64,000 nucleotides of DNA from Candidatus Enterousia sp. (GCA_045546075.1 JAZQCF010000004.1:21157-85156); one strand, 5' to 3'. Shown: positions 36,830-47,244, counted from the stretch's first letter. Made by a program: numbers and translations. Notes: generated by a model not told the origin, from the letters alone.

Positions 36830-38872
36830 TTATGCCTTGTTGGATACATCATCGGGCGTTATCCCCAATTCTGCATCACACTTCGGGCAAAATTCGTGCC
36901 GACCCGGCAAATACCCATGCTTAGGACATATTGAAAATGTCGGGGTAAGTGTCATGTACGGAATCTTGTAGTTTTCAAATATCGTGCGAACGATTTTCTG
37001 GGCGGCTTCGCCAGATGAGACCGGTTCACCCATATACAGGTGCAACATCGTTCCGCCGGTATATTTGCGTTGCAATTCTTCCTGGTGTTCCAATGCGACA
37101 AACGGGTCATCCGTAAAGTTCACCGGTAATTGCGTGGAATTTGTGTAATATGGTGCATCGTGCGTGCCGGCGGTAATAATATCCGGGAAGTTTTTCACGT
37201 CTGTTTTCGCAAACCGATATGAACAACCTTCGGCGGGCGTTGCCTCAAGATTATACAGGTTGCCAGTTTCTTCTTGGAAATTTGCCAATTTTTCACGCAT
37301 AAAGTCCATTAAATCCAAAACGAATTTCTTACCAAACGGCGTTGCAATGTTTTCTTTGCCATCTGTAAAGTTCAAAACCATTTCGTTTGCGCCATTCACA
37401 CCAATGGTGGAAAAGTGATGATTCCAATTCCCCAGATAACGGCGCGTAAATGGATACAGACCATTTTCCATATGCTTGGTTATAACGCGACGTTTGATTT
37501 CCAGGACTTCACGTCCCATATTCATTAAACGTTCCAATTCACGATACAGGCCTTCGCGGTCACCCTTGTGACGATAGCCCAATCGCGCCAAGTTCATTGT
37601 AACAACACCAATGGAACCGGTCTTTTCCGCCGAACCAAACAGGCCCCCACCCCGCTTTAACAATTCACGCACATCAAGGCGCAACCGACAACACATTGAA
37701 CGAACATCTGTTGGATTCAAATCGGAATTCAGGAAGTTTTGAAAGTTTGGAATTCCGTATTTTGCCGCCAAATCAAACAAAGGTTTGACATTTGGGTGGT
37801 CCCACGGGAAATCGTCTGTGATGTTATAGGTTGGAATTGGGAAAGTGAACGGACGACCATGCGCGTCACCTTCGGTCATAACCTCGATAAATGCCTTGTT
37901 TATCATATCCATTTCGGCCTGAAGATCGCCATATGTAAAATCAACCTGTTTTTTACCGACGAACGGACGTTGTGCACGCAAATCTTTTGGACAGGTCCAA
38001 TCAAACGTAAAGTTAATAAACGGCGTTTGTGTTCCCCAACGACACGGCACCGCGCAATTAAACACCAATGTCTGCATCGCATTTTTCACGTCCGCATAGG
38101 ACATATTATCAATACGCACATACGGTGCCAAATAAGTGTCCACAGAAGAAAACGCCTGGGCCCCGGCAAATTCGTTCTGTAACGTGCCAAGGAAATTTAC
38201 CATATGCGAAATCGCGGTTGCCATATGTTTTGCCGGTTCGCATTGCAGGTAACCCGGAACACCATTGAAACCTTCGTATAACAATTCACGCAATGACCAA
38301 CCCGCACAATAACCCGTTAACCACCCAAGGTCGTGAATATGAATCGCCGCACTGCGGTGTGCATCGGCAATTTCTGCCGGGAACATATTTAACCAATATT
38401 CTGCGGTGACGCGCTCGCTGGTCCGCAGAATTAAACCACCGATAGAATAACCAATATTCGCATTTTCTTTGATACGCCAATTTGAACCACCAACATAACT
38501 TTCGATTATATCGACCGCATCAATGTTTGCGTTACGAATTTCCGCGTGTTTTTGACGATATATAATGTATGCCTCGGCCGTTTTGTATGCCTTGGCATCC
38601 ATCAATTTGCGAATCACAGTTTCTTGGATTTCTTCAACCGACGGCGTGCGCCCGATAAAACTATTGTCCAAATCACCAAGAACATCATTAGTAATTTGGA
38701 CAACGCGTTCGTCAGATATTTCATTTGTTGCGCATGCGGCACGTTTAATCGCCTCGTATATTTTTTTGGATTCAAATGCGGCAACCTCACCCGAGCGTTT
38801 CTTGACACTCATAATATTACAAATAAATGTTGGCACAGCACCCATTTTCGTATCTTTTTCGTTGTCAGACAT
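36830..38872 (-). CDS. nrdD: anaerobic ribonucleoside-triphosphate reductase, large catalytic part (ATP cone to Zn ribbon), lacking the glycyl-radical tail
   Basis: N-terminal ATP cone (VKKRSGEVAAFESKKIYEAIKRA), the class III RNR core, and a C-terminal zinc ribbon CPKHGYLPGRHEFCPKCD. Start at the ATG 38872 with a GGAG RBS. Confidence 0.85.
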   Translation of the reverse strand: MSDNEKDTKMGAVPTFICNIMSVKKRSGEVAAFESKKIYEAIKRAACATNEISDERVVQITNDVLGDLDNSFIGRTPSVEEIQETVIRKLMDAKAYKTAEAYIIYRQKHAEIRNANIDAVDIIESYVGGSNWRIKENANIGYSIGGLILRTSERVTAEYWLNMFPAEIADAHRSAAIHIHDLGWLTGYCAGWSLRELLYEGFNGVPGYLQCEPAKHMATAISHMVNFLGTLQNEFAGAQAFSSVDTYLAPYVRIDNMSYADVKNAMQTLVFNCAVPCRWGTQTPFINFTFDWTCPKDLRAQRPFVGKKQVDFTYGDLQAEMDMINKAFIEVMTEGDAHGRPFTFPIPTYNITDDFPWDHPNVKPLFDLAAKYGIPNFQNFLNSDLNPTDVRSMCCRLRLDVRELLKRGGGLFGSAEKTGSIGVVTMNLARLGYRHKGDREGLYRELERLMNMGREVLEIKRRVITKHMENGLYPFTRRYLGNWNHHFSTIGVNGANEMVLNFTDGKENIATPFGKKFVLDLMDFMREKLANFQEETGNLYNLEATPAEGCSYRFAKTDVKNFPDIITAGTHDAPYYTNSTQLPVNFTDDPFVALEHQEELQRKYTGGTMLHLYMGEPVSSGEAAQKIVRTIFENYKIPYMTLTPTFSICPKHGYLPGRHEFCPKCDAELGITPDDVSNKA

Positions 38873-39099
38873 ATCAAACTCCAATTTTTGTCAAAAAACA
38901 CAAGATATTGTGTTCATTTAATCGTTTCTATAACAATATATAGTTTATGTGTTTTTTTAACAACACATAAAATGCAATTTTTTTTATTTTTTTACTGGAC
39001 TTTTTGAAATGGCGGTTATCCGGGCGATTCAGGACCATAGTCTTTATGCATTTTGGACACCAAAATATGTTTTGTGTCAAAATTTTATAAAAAAATGCC

Positions 39100-39310
39100 A
39101 CAGAATCGATTCGAAAAAGCAAAAAATCACAACATATAGTCAAGAAAATATAAAAATATGTCTATATGTTGTGTTTTTGTAAAAATTTCGTGTAAAAGCA
39201 ATTTGTTGTGTTACATCATCGATTCCATAACAGAATCGATATATTTGTAAAAACCCTGAAAATCTGGGATTTTTATGAATCGAATCGATATACAGGAAAC
39301 GAATCACTTT
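39100..39310. promoter_or_regulatory. divergent nrdD / acyl-CoA-ligase control region with repeated GAATCGAT palindromic motifs and a 12-bp inverted repeat
   Basis: GAATCGATTC at 39103-39112. ATCGATTC-N7-GAATCGAT at 39218-39240. GAATCGAATCGATA at 39277-39290. CACAACATATAG-N22-CTATATGTTGTG at 39128-39173. Confidence 0.4.
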
Positions 39311-39374
39311 TTTAGGTTGTGTTTCCTTGGGTTCATAGGGTATAATGAAATTAATCTTAGCCACGGGGAATCAT

Positions 39375-40970
39375 ATGAAATTACACGATTTACAAAATGT
39401 ATATGAAATGTTGGTCCGCGCCTGCACAGAAAACAAGAATCGAATTTTCTTTGTTCGACAAAATGAAACCTATGCTGATTTATTGCGGGCGGTGAAACGC
39501 CGCGCGGTTGTGTTGGCAAAAAAATTCAAGATTCGCGCCGGCGATACGGTCGCGTTGTTGTCCGGGAATACACCTGATTTTATAAAATCATATTTCGCCA
39601 TTATTTCCCAAGGTGCACGCGTCTTAATGCTGGATACCGGGTTGGCGCAAAGCGAACATATAAATATGATGGCGCGAACAAATTGCAAATTGGCACTGGC
39701 ACAAAAATCATATTTTATTCCGGATGGACCGGAAATGTTCGACATAGAAACGATTGATGACGCGGACGAAAAAGAATTTGTTGCGGCAAAATGCAATCGC
39801 GATGATTTGGCAATGGTATCGTTCACATCGGGTTCAACGGGCAATCCAAAGATTGTTGGTATAACGCACAATAATTTATTGGCGTTGGCGCACGGTGCGC
39901 AATATTATCGCGCAGTTATACGCCCCAATGATATTTTCTATGGTTTTCTGCCGCTGTATCACATATACGGCGTTGTCATAAATATTATTGCGCCTTTGGT
40001 CCTGGACGGGCGTGTGTTATTACAGCCAATATTAAACCCACGTGAATTTATGCGCGATTTTCAACTATACCGACCAGAGGTTATCCCCGCTGTTCCGCGC
40101 ATTTGGGAAACATTTTATAAAAAGATTATTCAAACCGCGCGCGAAAAACGCGTTTATACTTTGATGCGCATTGTTGTATCTGTACGGCGGATTTTGCGTG
40201 CGATTGGCTTAAACGGAATTGTGCGGCGCGTAACAAAACCGGTTCACGATATATTCGGTGGAAACACGCGCGTATTGGTTTCGGCGGGCGCAACACTTAA
40301 ACCATCGATTCGCAAATTTTATGAAAGTATGGGATTTGTTGTTGGTGATTGCTATGGATTGACCGAAACAACGGGTCCGGCAAATTTTAATTTTGCATTT
40401 CCATTGCCGGACGGTTCTATGCATTATGCGGGACCATTGGATGGGAACGAGATAAAAATCCATAATCCGGACAAACACGGCATTGGCGAGATATGGGTTC
40501 GTGGCGAAATGGTTATGCCGAAATATATTGATAACGATGCCGCGAACACAGACGCGTTTGAAGACGGTTGGTATAAAACCGGTGATATTGGCGTGATTGA
40601 TTCGCGTGGCCGATTGACCGTCAAAGGGCGCAAAAAACAGGTTATTGTTTTGGACAGTGGTAAAAATGTATATCCCGATGAATTGGAAGATTTATATATG
40701 CAAAATGATGAAATCCTGGCGGCGGCGGTATTTGAATACAGCATAAACGGGAAAATCGTTCCGTTTGCCGTGTTCCAGGTTACCCCCGGAACCACAATGT
40801 CGCACGTTGCCATGTTGGTCAAGGCATCGAACCTTAAAATTGCGCCGTATAAATGGGTGAATAATTTTGCAATAACCGAAAATGAATTACCACAAACATC
40901 GGCAAAAAAGATAAAACACTTTATGGTGCGCGAAATGTTGGATGCCGGCAAATTCGAAGTGCATAAATAG
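39375..40970 (+). CDS. AMP-dependent synthetase/ligase (long-chain acyl-CoA synthetase-like)
   Basis: SFTSGSTGNPKIV (AMP-binding motif), YGLTETTG, and TGDIG...GRKK. The ORF track starts at 39345; the ATG at 39375 has a better RBS. Confidence 0.75.
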   Translation: MKLHDLQNVYEMLVRACTENKNRIFFVRQNETYADLLRAVKRRAVVLAKKFKIRAGDTVALLSGNTPDFIKSYFAIISQGARVLMLDTGLAQSEHINMMARTNCKLALAQKSYFIPDGPEMFDIETIDDADEKEFVAAKCNRDDLAMVSFTSGSTGNPKIVGITHNNLLALAHGAQYYRAVIRPNDIFYGFLPLYHIYGVVINIIAPLVLDGRVLLQPILNPREFMRDFQLYRPEVIPAVPRIWETFYKKIIQTAREKRVYTLMRIVVSVRRILRAIGLNGIVRRVTKPVHDIFGGNTRVLVSAGATLKPSIRKFYESMGFVVGDCYGLTETTGPANFNFAFPLPDGSMHYAGPLDGNEIKIHNPDKHGIGEIWVRGEMVMPKYIDNDAANTDAFEDGWYKTGDIGVIDSRGRLTVKGRKKQVIVLDSGKNVYPDELEDLYMQNDEILAAAVFEYSINGKIVPFAVFQVTPGTTMSHVAMLVKASNLKIAPYKWVNNFAITENELPQTSAKKIKHFMVREMLDAGKFEVHK

Positions 40971-41030
40971 TGGGTAGTGGTTAGTGTTAGTGGTTAGTGT
41001 TTAGTAAAACCCGCGGGAATCCGCGGGTTT
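40965..41030. repeat. AAATAG-TGGGTAGTGGTTAGTGTTAGTGGTTAGTG repeat plus terminator hairpin
   Basis: 34 nt identical to 49471-49504. Followed by AAACCCGCGGGAATCCGCGGGTTT. Confidence 0.6.
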
Positions 41031-41049
41031 ATATTCACATACCAAGACA

Positions 41050-42291
41050 CTAGTTATTACAAACGGCGGTGTATGGATACACACTTTTCGATGTGTCTAT
41101 GGTGCCGGCACCGCAATCCAGGCAATTAAACTTTCGATTTTGGGAATGTGCCGAATCAAATGGAACATTGACACCCGAAACCGCAGGAACATTTACAAGA
41201 TAGTCACGATTTGGAAAACCGAAATAAAACGCACGTGACGCGCCGGCGCATTCCGCCGCACGCCCCGGATAACACGTCGGGGATGCCAATTTTGTTTCAT
41301 CGGGCACACACACCGCATCACACGTTTCTTCGTCTATGACCATTTTCTCGCAATCTGTACAGGATGTGGTTGCCAAACGTAAAGTTGCCCCGCCCCGCCC
41401 GCGAATGGCGCGCGAACCGGCCGCCGCACATTTAGATGCAGCCTTGGCTTTATTTGGGTCTTCAACGCATTCCCATTCCAATGTTTCATAATTCAACCGT
41501 GCCAGCATATTATTCGGGCACGTCCGTTCACCAAACGGGTTTATACATTCCCATACATTATCAACTATGACGGCGGTCTGTTCGCCCGAACACAGTGGTT
41601 TACGCGATTCATCCGGCACGCATTCCAATAATGTAGAATCCCAAATCATATCGCCACCGCAACTTGTCTTCAAATTATATCCAATACATTGCCACCGGCC
41701 AAATCTGTATGTTTTTGTCGTGCCAACGGGACAGGTGATATCGTTTATGACGGCACCCGTAAAAACACGTGTTGGATCAGGTGTTTCGTAATGGGTCATA
41801 TATATCAACTGGCCATCCTGTAAATCTAAACTTTTTTGAATCGCATCTGGCACACCACGTTTCGCGGTCGTTCCCCCCGCCAAAACTATACCTTCTTGAA
41901 ATATACCAAGTGTGCCACTGGTGGAAAAATTTTTCTCTAATATTTCCATCATTTCATTATAGTCAGATGTGTGTAATGCATCGGTCGTTGTGATAATAAA
42001 ACTGTATTGTGGTCGCTTGGTCCCGGATGCATCACACGGCGTTATCGAAGAACGCGAATCCATACAGACAAATTCACTTTTAACACCATATTGTTCAATA
42101 CATACATCTTCGAACCGACCGCCGGCGATTTGCGCATTGTGCGCCGCGATGGCGCATTCCGCGATTGAACGTAAATCAGCCACGGAAATCGCATATTCTG
42201 CCTCCTGTTCGGGAATACGCGCAGACGGCGCAAAGAACATATAGTATCCCGCCATAAAAACCGATATTAATAATACCAGAAAAATATTCAT
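41050..42291 (-). CDS. membrane-anchored cysteine-rich hypothetical protein
   Basis: N-terminal TM and many paired Cys. No family recognised. Confidence 0.5.
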   Translation of the reverse strand: MNIFLVLLISVFMAGYYMFFAPSARIPEQEAEYAISVADLRSIAECAIAAHNAQIAGGRFEDVCIEQYGVKSEFVCMDSRSSITPCDASGTKRPQYSFIITTTDALHTSDYNEMMEILEKNFSTSGTLGIFQEGIVLAGGTTAKRGVPDAIQKSLDLQDGQLIYMTHYETPDPTRVFTGAVINDITCPVGTTKTYRFGRWQCIGYNLKTSCGGDMIWDSTLLECVPDESRKPLCSGEQTAVIVDNVWECINPFGERTCPNNMLARLNYETLEWECVEDPNKAKAASKCAAAGSRAIRGRGGATLRLATTSCTDCEKMVIDEETCDAVCVPDETKLASPTCYPGRAAECAGASRAFYFGFPNRDYLVNVPAVSGVNVPFDSAHSQNRKFNCLDCGAGTIDTSKSVYPYTAVCNN

Positions 42292-42364
42292 CTTTCTCCC
42301 TTGCGATTTAATAAAACTCTAAGTATTATATAAATAAATTTCAAGAAGATTTTTAATTCAACGG

Positions 42365-42841
42365 GTGCGTAATATGAAAAAAATTCTGTTGTTGTTATTT
42401 TTATGCGGATGTGGTTTCAGGCCGATGTTTTCTGGTGACAATACCAAAATCTATGTTCCGGTAATAAGTGGTATAAACGGTATAGAATTGCGTAATGCGC
42501 TAAACACTAAATTCGGTGGTCCACATAACGATGCACCGTACACACTGCGCATAACATTGAACAATCCGGTTACCAAATACAAGGCATTGGAACCAACCGG
42601 GGATGCAACCTGGCAAGAGGTACAATTAAGTGCAAAATATGTACTGGAACACAACGGCGATGTAATCGCCACCGGTAATGAAGTCGCCGCAGAATCCTAT
42701 ACATTTGTACGATATTTGGTTGCGGCAAACGCGTCATATAATAATGCGGTTGCAAACACTATTACGGTTTTGGCGGATAAAATTGGCACCCGCGCCATTG
42801 CCCAGGTCGCCGAACACGAAAGCGGGATAATAAAACAATGA
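42365..42841 (+). CDS. lptE: LPS-assembly lipoprotein LptE-like
   Basis: Lipobox LFLCGCG and size. Sits directly upstream of holA, the conserved lptE-holA arrangement. Confidence 0.5.
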   Translation: MRNMKKILLLLFLCGCGFRPMFSGDNTKIYVPVISGINGIELRNALNTKFGGPHNDAPYTLRITLNNPVTKYKALEPTGDATWQEVQLSAKYVLEHNGDVIATGNEVAAESYTFVRYLVAANASYNNAVANTITVLADKIGTRAIAQVAEHESGIIKQ

Positions 42842-43827
42842 AGTGGAAAGAAACCGATTTTAACAAAGGATTACAATCTGTCCGTGGTGTATTAATATAT
42901 GGCCCCGATGCGGGTTTGGTTGACGAATTGTGTGATAAATCCATTGATATTTTATCCATTGAAAAAGATAATATTTTTGCATTGGATTCCGGCGAACTGC
43001 GCGACAAACAGGATGCACTTTTTGCCGAAGCCTGCACCCCGTCTATGTTCGGCGGGCGAAAAATGGTCATAATATCAAACGCCGGCGATTCAGATGCAAA
43101 AATTATCAAAGATTTAATTGAACATCCGGGTTTGGATGCAATGGTAATTGTTACCGCCGGTGATTTGCGCGCGGGCGGTACGTTACGCGCAACATTTGAA
43201 GGTGGCGAAAATATCGCCGCCGTTGCCTGCTATACCGATGATGCGCGAACACTGGAAACATTGATAAGAAATGAATTATTTAACAATGCCGGCATTAAAC
43301 AAATTTCCCCAGATGCAATGGCGTATATGTTAAATCACCTTGGTGGGGACCGTGGAATCACACGTGGATTTTTGGGTAAAATTGCACTGTATGTTGATGA
43401 TAAAAAAACCGTTGATTTGGACGACGCAGAAAAATGCCTGCCGGATACAGGGGCGGCGAATACAGATGATTTTTTATATTCTCTGACGGCGGGACATATT
43501 CAACAAACGATGCTGGCGTTGGACCGTCTGTTATATGATAATGCCGAACCAAATATGTTGGTTCGTATGTTAGACCGGCATTTCAAAACATTACTGACCG
43601 CGGTGGTGGATGGTCAATTACCGCGCCTGTTTTGGAAGGTCGCAGATAAATTTAACCTGGCCATGAAAATTTGGTCGGGGGCGGACATTTCGGCCGTGTT
43701 GGTTCGACTTAATGAGCTTGAGGCACAGATTCGAACAACCGGTATGCCGGCCGAAATTTTGTTACGCGATTTCGCATTAAAATTAGTGTTAAAAACATAT
43801 AAAATGTCTATTAAACGGAGGAATTAA
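42838..43827 (+). CDS. holA: DNA polymerase III subunit delta
   Basis: Length, position after lptE, and the N-terminal VLIYGPDAGLVDE clamp-loader fold pattern. Confidence 0.65.
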   Translation: MKWKETDFNKGLQSVRGVLIYGPDAGLVDELCDKSIDILSIEKDNIFALDSGELRDKQDALFAEACTPSMFGGRKMVIISNAGDSDAKIIKDLIEHPGLDAMVIVTAGDLRAGGTLRATFEGGENIAAVACYTDDARTLETLIRNELFNNAGIKQISPDAMAYMLNHLGGDRGITRGFLGKIALYVDDKKTVDLDDAEKCLPDTGAANTDDFLYSLTAGHIQQTMLALDRLLYDNAEPNMLVRMLDRHFKTLLTAVVDGQLPRLFWKVADKFNLAMKIWSGADISAVLVRLNELEAQIRTTGMPAEILLRDFALKLVLKTYKMSIKRRN

Positions 43828-43828
43828 A

Positions 43829-44596
43829 ATGTTGGCATCTGTGTATGCACCAAAAGATTTTAAGCGTTTACGTGTTGTTGGCGATTTGGTTGCGCGGTGT
43901 TTTGATTACATAACACCACACATTCACGCGGGCGTATCAACCGGTGAAATCGACCGGTTGGTCGCAGAATTTTTACGCGCAAATGGGGCACGTTCTTCGG
44001 ATTTGGGATATATGGGTTACCCGAAAAGTATTTGCACATCGGTCAATGATGTAATTGTGCACGGCATCCCAAGTGATGATGTTATATTGAAAGACGGCGA
44101 TATTGTTAATGTTGACCTTACCGCGGAATACAAGGGGTTTCACGGTGATTCTTCGCGTATGTTTATGATTGGCAACGTTTCACCACGTGCGCGCGAATTG
44201 GTTCAAACGTGCCAAGATGCATTAAATGCAGCGATTGCAGTGTGTGCACCGGGCGTACCATTATCCGAAATTGGTAAAACGATTGAGGCCGTTGTTAAAC
44301 CGCACGGTTTTTCCATATCACGTGACTTTGTTGGGCACGGCATTGGCAAGGTTATGCACGATGACCCACAAATATTTCATTTCTATGATAAAATGTGGGA
44401 CAAGGTTAAAATGGTTCCGGGGTTGGTTTTCACAATCGAACCGATGATAAACACGGGAAAACCTGATTGTAAAATTGATGCGGACGGTTGGACGGCGCGG
44501 ACGGTTGATGGCGGATGGTCGGCACAATGGGAACACACGTTGGGAATTACCGAAGACGGTGTCACAATATTTACAGAAAAAATGATTCAAGAATAA
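43829..44596 (+). CDS. map: type I methionyl aminopeptidase
   Basis: ICTSVNDVIVHGIP, DIVNVDLT, and FVGHGIG...H....W.EHT metal-binding residues. Confidence 0.9.
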   Translation: MLASVYAPKDFKRLRVVGDLVARCFDYITPHIHAGVSTGEIDRLVAEFLRANGARSSDLGYMGYPKSICTSVNDVIVHGIPSDDVILKDGDIVNVDLTAEYKGFHGDSSRMFMIGNVSPRARELVQTCQDALNAAIAVCAPGVPLSEIGKTIEAVVKPHGFSISRDFVGHGIGKVMHDDPQIFHFYDKMWDKVKMVPGLVFTIEPMINTGKPDCKIDADGWTARTVDGGWSAQWEHTLGITEDGVTIFTEKMIQE

Positions 44597-44597
44597 A

Positions 44598-45290
44598 ATG
44601 TCAACCAAAGAACCTGATTTATCTTTGCGCGCGGGGCATCGCGAAAGATTACGTCAAAATTTTCTTGATGATAAATTGGCAAAGTATGAAACATTGGAAC
44701 TGTTATTAAGTTATGCGATTCCACGGCGTGATGTTCGTCCACTTGCACGAATGTTATATAATAAATTTGGTGGAATGTTTCCAATATTGTCGGCATCTAT
44801 TGATGATTTATGCACGGTTCGTGGCATGGGCAAAAACACCGCAATTTTTATCAAGGTTGTTCAAAAAATTTTATTGGATGGATATGAATGTAAATTCAAA
44901 GACACACCAATTTTACACGATTATGAACAACTGTGTAATTATTGTAAACTGATGTTGGGTCACAAAAATATTGAAGAGGTTCATATATTATACCTGGACG
45001 AAGAAAAAAGATTGATGGAAAATCAACTGCACAGTACGGGAACATATAACGAATCATCACTGTATGATGTTGAAATTGTAAAGCACGCAATTTCTATTGG
45101 TGCCAAGGCGGTTGCCGTTGTACATAATCATCCACGACCACATACTTCGTTTTCGGCCCAAGACAAAGCGGTTACAATTAAATTAAAAGAAAAACTGAAC
45201 GCCGTTGGTATAGAATTGGTTGACCATTATGTTGTGTCGGGCGACATACTGTATGCAATGTCCGAATTTCCAATATACACCGGCAATTAA
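44598..45290 (+). CDS. radC: RadC-family JAB-domain protein
   Basis: HNHPRPHTSFSAQDKAVTIKL is the JAMM/RadC motif. Confidence 0.8.
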   Translation: MSTKEPDLSLRAGHRERLRQNFLDDKLAKYETLELLLSYAIPRRDVRPLARMLYNKFGGMFPILSASIDDLCTVRGMGKNTAIFIKVVQKILLDGYECKFKDTPILHDYEQLCNYCKLMLGHKNIEEVHILYLDEEKRLMENQLHSTGTYNESSLYDVEIVKHAISIGAKAVAVVHNHPRPHTSFSAQDKAVTIKLKEKLNAVGIELVDHYVVSGDILYAMSEFPIYTGN

Positions 45291-45736
45291 TTTGCGACAT
45301 CCACCGGCCCGGAATCATATATATCAATATCTTCATACAATGATGCATCCAAGGATTGTGTTTGGGCCTTGGCCGCCAAAATTTCATTTATTTCACCAAC
45401 CGATACCTTTAATGTTTTACAACCCTGGCCGATTATATCGCCACCATAAACCAGATTTAATATCAATGGCACAATCGTCAAAACACCAAATATCAACGCC
45501 AACGATTTTATATTATTGATAATGTCGTTTTTTGCACCACGTATCATTGAAAAACCCCATCCCATAATTAAAAATGCGGTTATTATCGCCAATACATCCC
45601 ATGCATATGTCAAGAAAGTTTGAAATCCACGCAAAACACAAGACGGATCTTCCATATACACAAAATTGTCAATGATTTGGACCTTGGAAAATCCGGCCCG
45701 TTCAAGTATTTTAACAATATCTGTATAATTGTTCAC
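45287..45736 (-). CDS. membrane protein, hypothetical (two TM helices)
   Basis: Hydrophobic segments VLAIITAFLIMGWGF and LALIFGVLTIVPLILNLVY. Confidence 0.45.
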   Translation of the reverse strand: MNNYTDIVKILERAGFSKVQIIDNFVYMEDPSCVLRGFQTFLTYAWDVLAIITAFLIMGWGFSMIRGAKNDIINNIKSLALIFGVLTIVPLILNLVYGGDIIGQGCKTLKVSVGEINEILAAKAQTQSLDASLYEDIDIYDSGPVDVAN

Positions 45737-45739
45737 GCG

Positions 45740-46621
45740 TTACATCTTTTGCTTAAAGAATCCTGGAATTGTGAATTCATCGTCATTTGCGGCAATACCG
45801 GCCCACCCAAACAGGTCGCCCATTAACCCCGTATCATCACGCTTCATTTTTTTGAACGGCAATATATTTTTCAATTTGCCGATTTTGCCACGTTCGGTTC
45901 CTTTTTTGGGACCGGCCACTTTATCTTGGTTTTCGGCGAATTCACTGGCCAAATTTTCCAACGTAGCATCAATTTCATCCACATTATCTGCCTGGGGCTT
46001 GGTTTTAGAAGACTTTTTCTTGTGTGGAACATCCACATCTTCACGCAATGGTTCCATCGTTTCCAACAATTCTTCCAGTGTTTTTTCCACCGGTTCATCC
46101 GGTAATTCATCATTTATCATATCGGCCATACCGGGCGCATCGTCATCCAATTCGATTGTTTCTGTTTCAATTTCATCCGCCGTATCCTGGACGGGTTCCA
46201 ACGTATCAATTTCCATCGCATCGTTCGCGTCCACCGGCACCGTTTCGTTTTCTTGGGATGCCAACACCGACAGAATTGGAACAACCGGCGTTGCCGATTC
46301 CGGGGCGGGTGTATCATCAATCACATTTGTATCGGTATCCACATCATTTGATTCGGTTGCAACAATTTCCGGAATCGGTTCATCAATATTTATGTCATCA
46401 ATATCCGCCATATTCGATTCGGTTTCGACCGGCATATCTGGAACGTTCGTCGCAACATCATCGGTAACGGTTGCCACACATTCGGCATCATCCACCGGAA
46501 CACCAAATAATATGGTATCAGGTGCCAATTTCAGTGTATTACGAACTTCATCAAATGCGGCGCGCACATCGTTCACATCGAACACATCTGCACCGGAAAT
46601 ATAAACAATTTTCTTTTTCAT
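45740..46621 (-). CDS. highly acidic (Asp/Glu-rich) hypothetical protein
   Basis: Long D/E/T-rich low-complexity region after a structured N-terminus MKKKIVYISGADVF. Confidence 0.5.
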   Translation of the reverse strand: MKKKIVYISGADVFDVNDVRAAFDEVRNTLKLAPDTILFGVPVDDAECVATVTDDVATNVPDMPVETESNMADIDDINIDEPIPEIVATESNDVDTDTNVIDDTPAPESATPVVPILSVLASQENETVPVDANDAMEIDTLEPVQDTADEIETETIELDDDAPGMADMINDELPDEPVEKTLEELLETMEPLREDVDVPHKKKSSKTKPQADNVDEIDATLENLASEFAENQDKVAGPKKGTERGKIGKLKNILPFKKMKRDDTGLMGDLFGWAGIAANDDEFTIPGFFKQKM

Positions 46622-46703
46622 CTGCGCTTCCTAAAAACCTTTCGGGACGATTATATCACATTTTAGGGTTGAACGCATACAAAAAATATCTTAAAATGAC
46701 AAT

Positions 46704-46913
46704 ATGTCGGATATAAGGGAACAAATTTTTCAAGAATTGACCAAATTGGACGATGCGGCATCGCGCCTGCGGGCAACGGCGGTAAGTGCGGGCAAACAAA
46801 CTGACCTTGAGGTTGCGATTTTAACCGAACAGGTTCGAAATCTGCGCGCCAAGAACGCCCATGCGGTTGAATTGATTGATCAATCGGTTGAATTATTAAA
46901 GAAGTTAAAATGA
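46704..46913 (+). CDS. small coiled-coil protein, likely co-transcribed with zapA
   Basis: 69 aa, heptad pattern, 4-nt overlap with the next gene. Confidence 0.4.
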   Translation: MSDIREQIFQELTKLDDAASRLRATAVSAGKQTDLEVAILTEQVRNLRAKNAHAVELIDQSVELLKKLK

Positions 46914-47188
46914 GTGTGGTATCGATACCTATTGTGAACAAAAACTATCCAATGGGATGTGAAGACGGCCAAGAAGGTCGGCTGATTGAATTGGGTAAAA
47001 TGGTCGATGCCCGCGCCCGTCAAATCCTGGACAGAATTGGGCCTTTACCGGAAAATTCGCTGTTGGCGACACTGTGTATAGTGTTGGCGGACGAGGTTAG
47101 AAACCGCCCCACCCCGTCGATAACCGATGCAGACCTGCGGGAAATTTTGGCCCGCATACGCGAGATTAAAAATAAAATTGGGCAATAA
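46910..47188 (+). CDS. zapA: cell division protein ZapA
   Basis: [36 protein letters not shown]...[13 protein letters not shown] parallels the ZapA N-terminal/coiled-coil pattern. Confidence 0.6.
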   Translation: MSVVSIPIVNKNYPMGCEDGQEGRLIELGKMVDARARQILDRIGPLPENSLLATLCIVLADEVRNRPTPSITDADLREILARIREIKNKIGQ

Positions 47189-47244
47189 TATCGCGTTTTT
47201 TTCGGTTGTTATTTTTTTTCAAATGTTCTAAGTTTTATGTTGCT

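Noticed and set aside
39128-39173. NrdR box upstream of nrdD
   Set aside because: The 12-bp inverted repeat CACAACATATAG does not fit the 16-bp NrdR palindrome (acaCwAtATaTwGtgt) well enough to call it. It is reported only as an unexplained inverted repeat.
45287-45736. Possible VirB2/TrbC-type pilin (two-TM small protein) that might pair with the VirB11-like ATPase
   Set aside because: Two hydrophobic helices alone are insufficient. There is no signal-peptide cleavage motif or conserved pilin C-terminus, and the gene is 33 kb from the ATPase.
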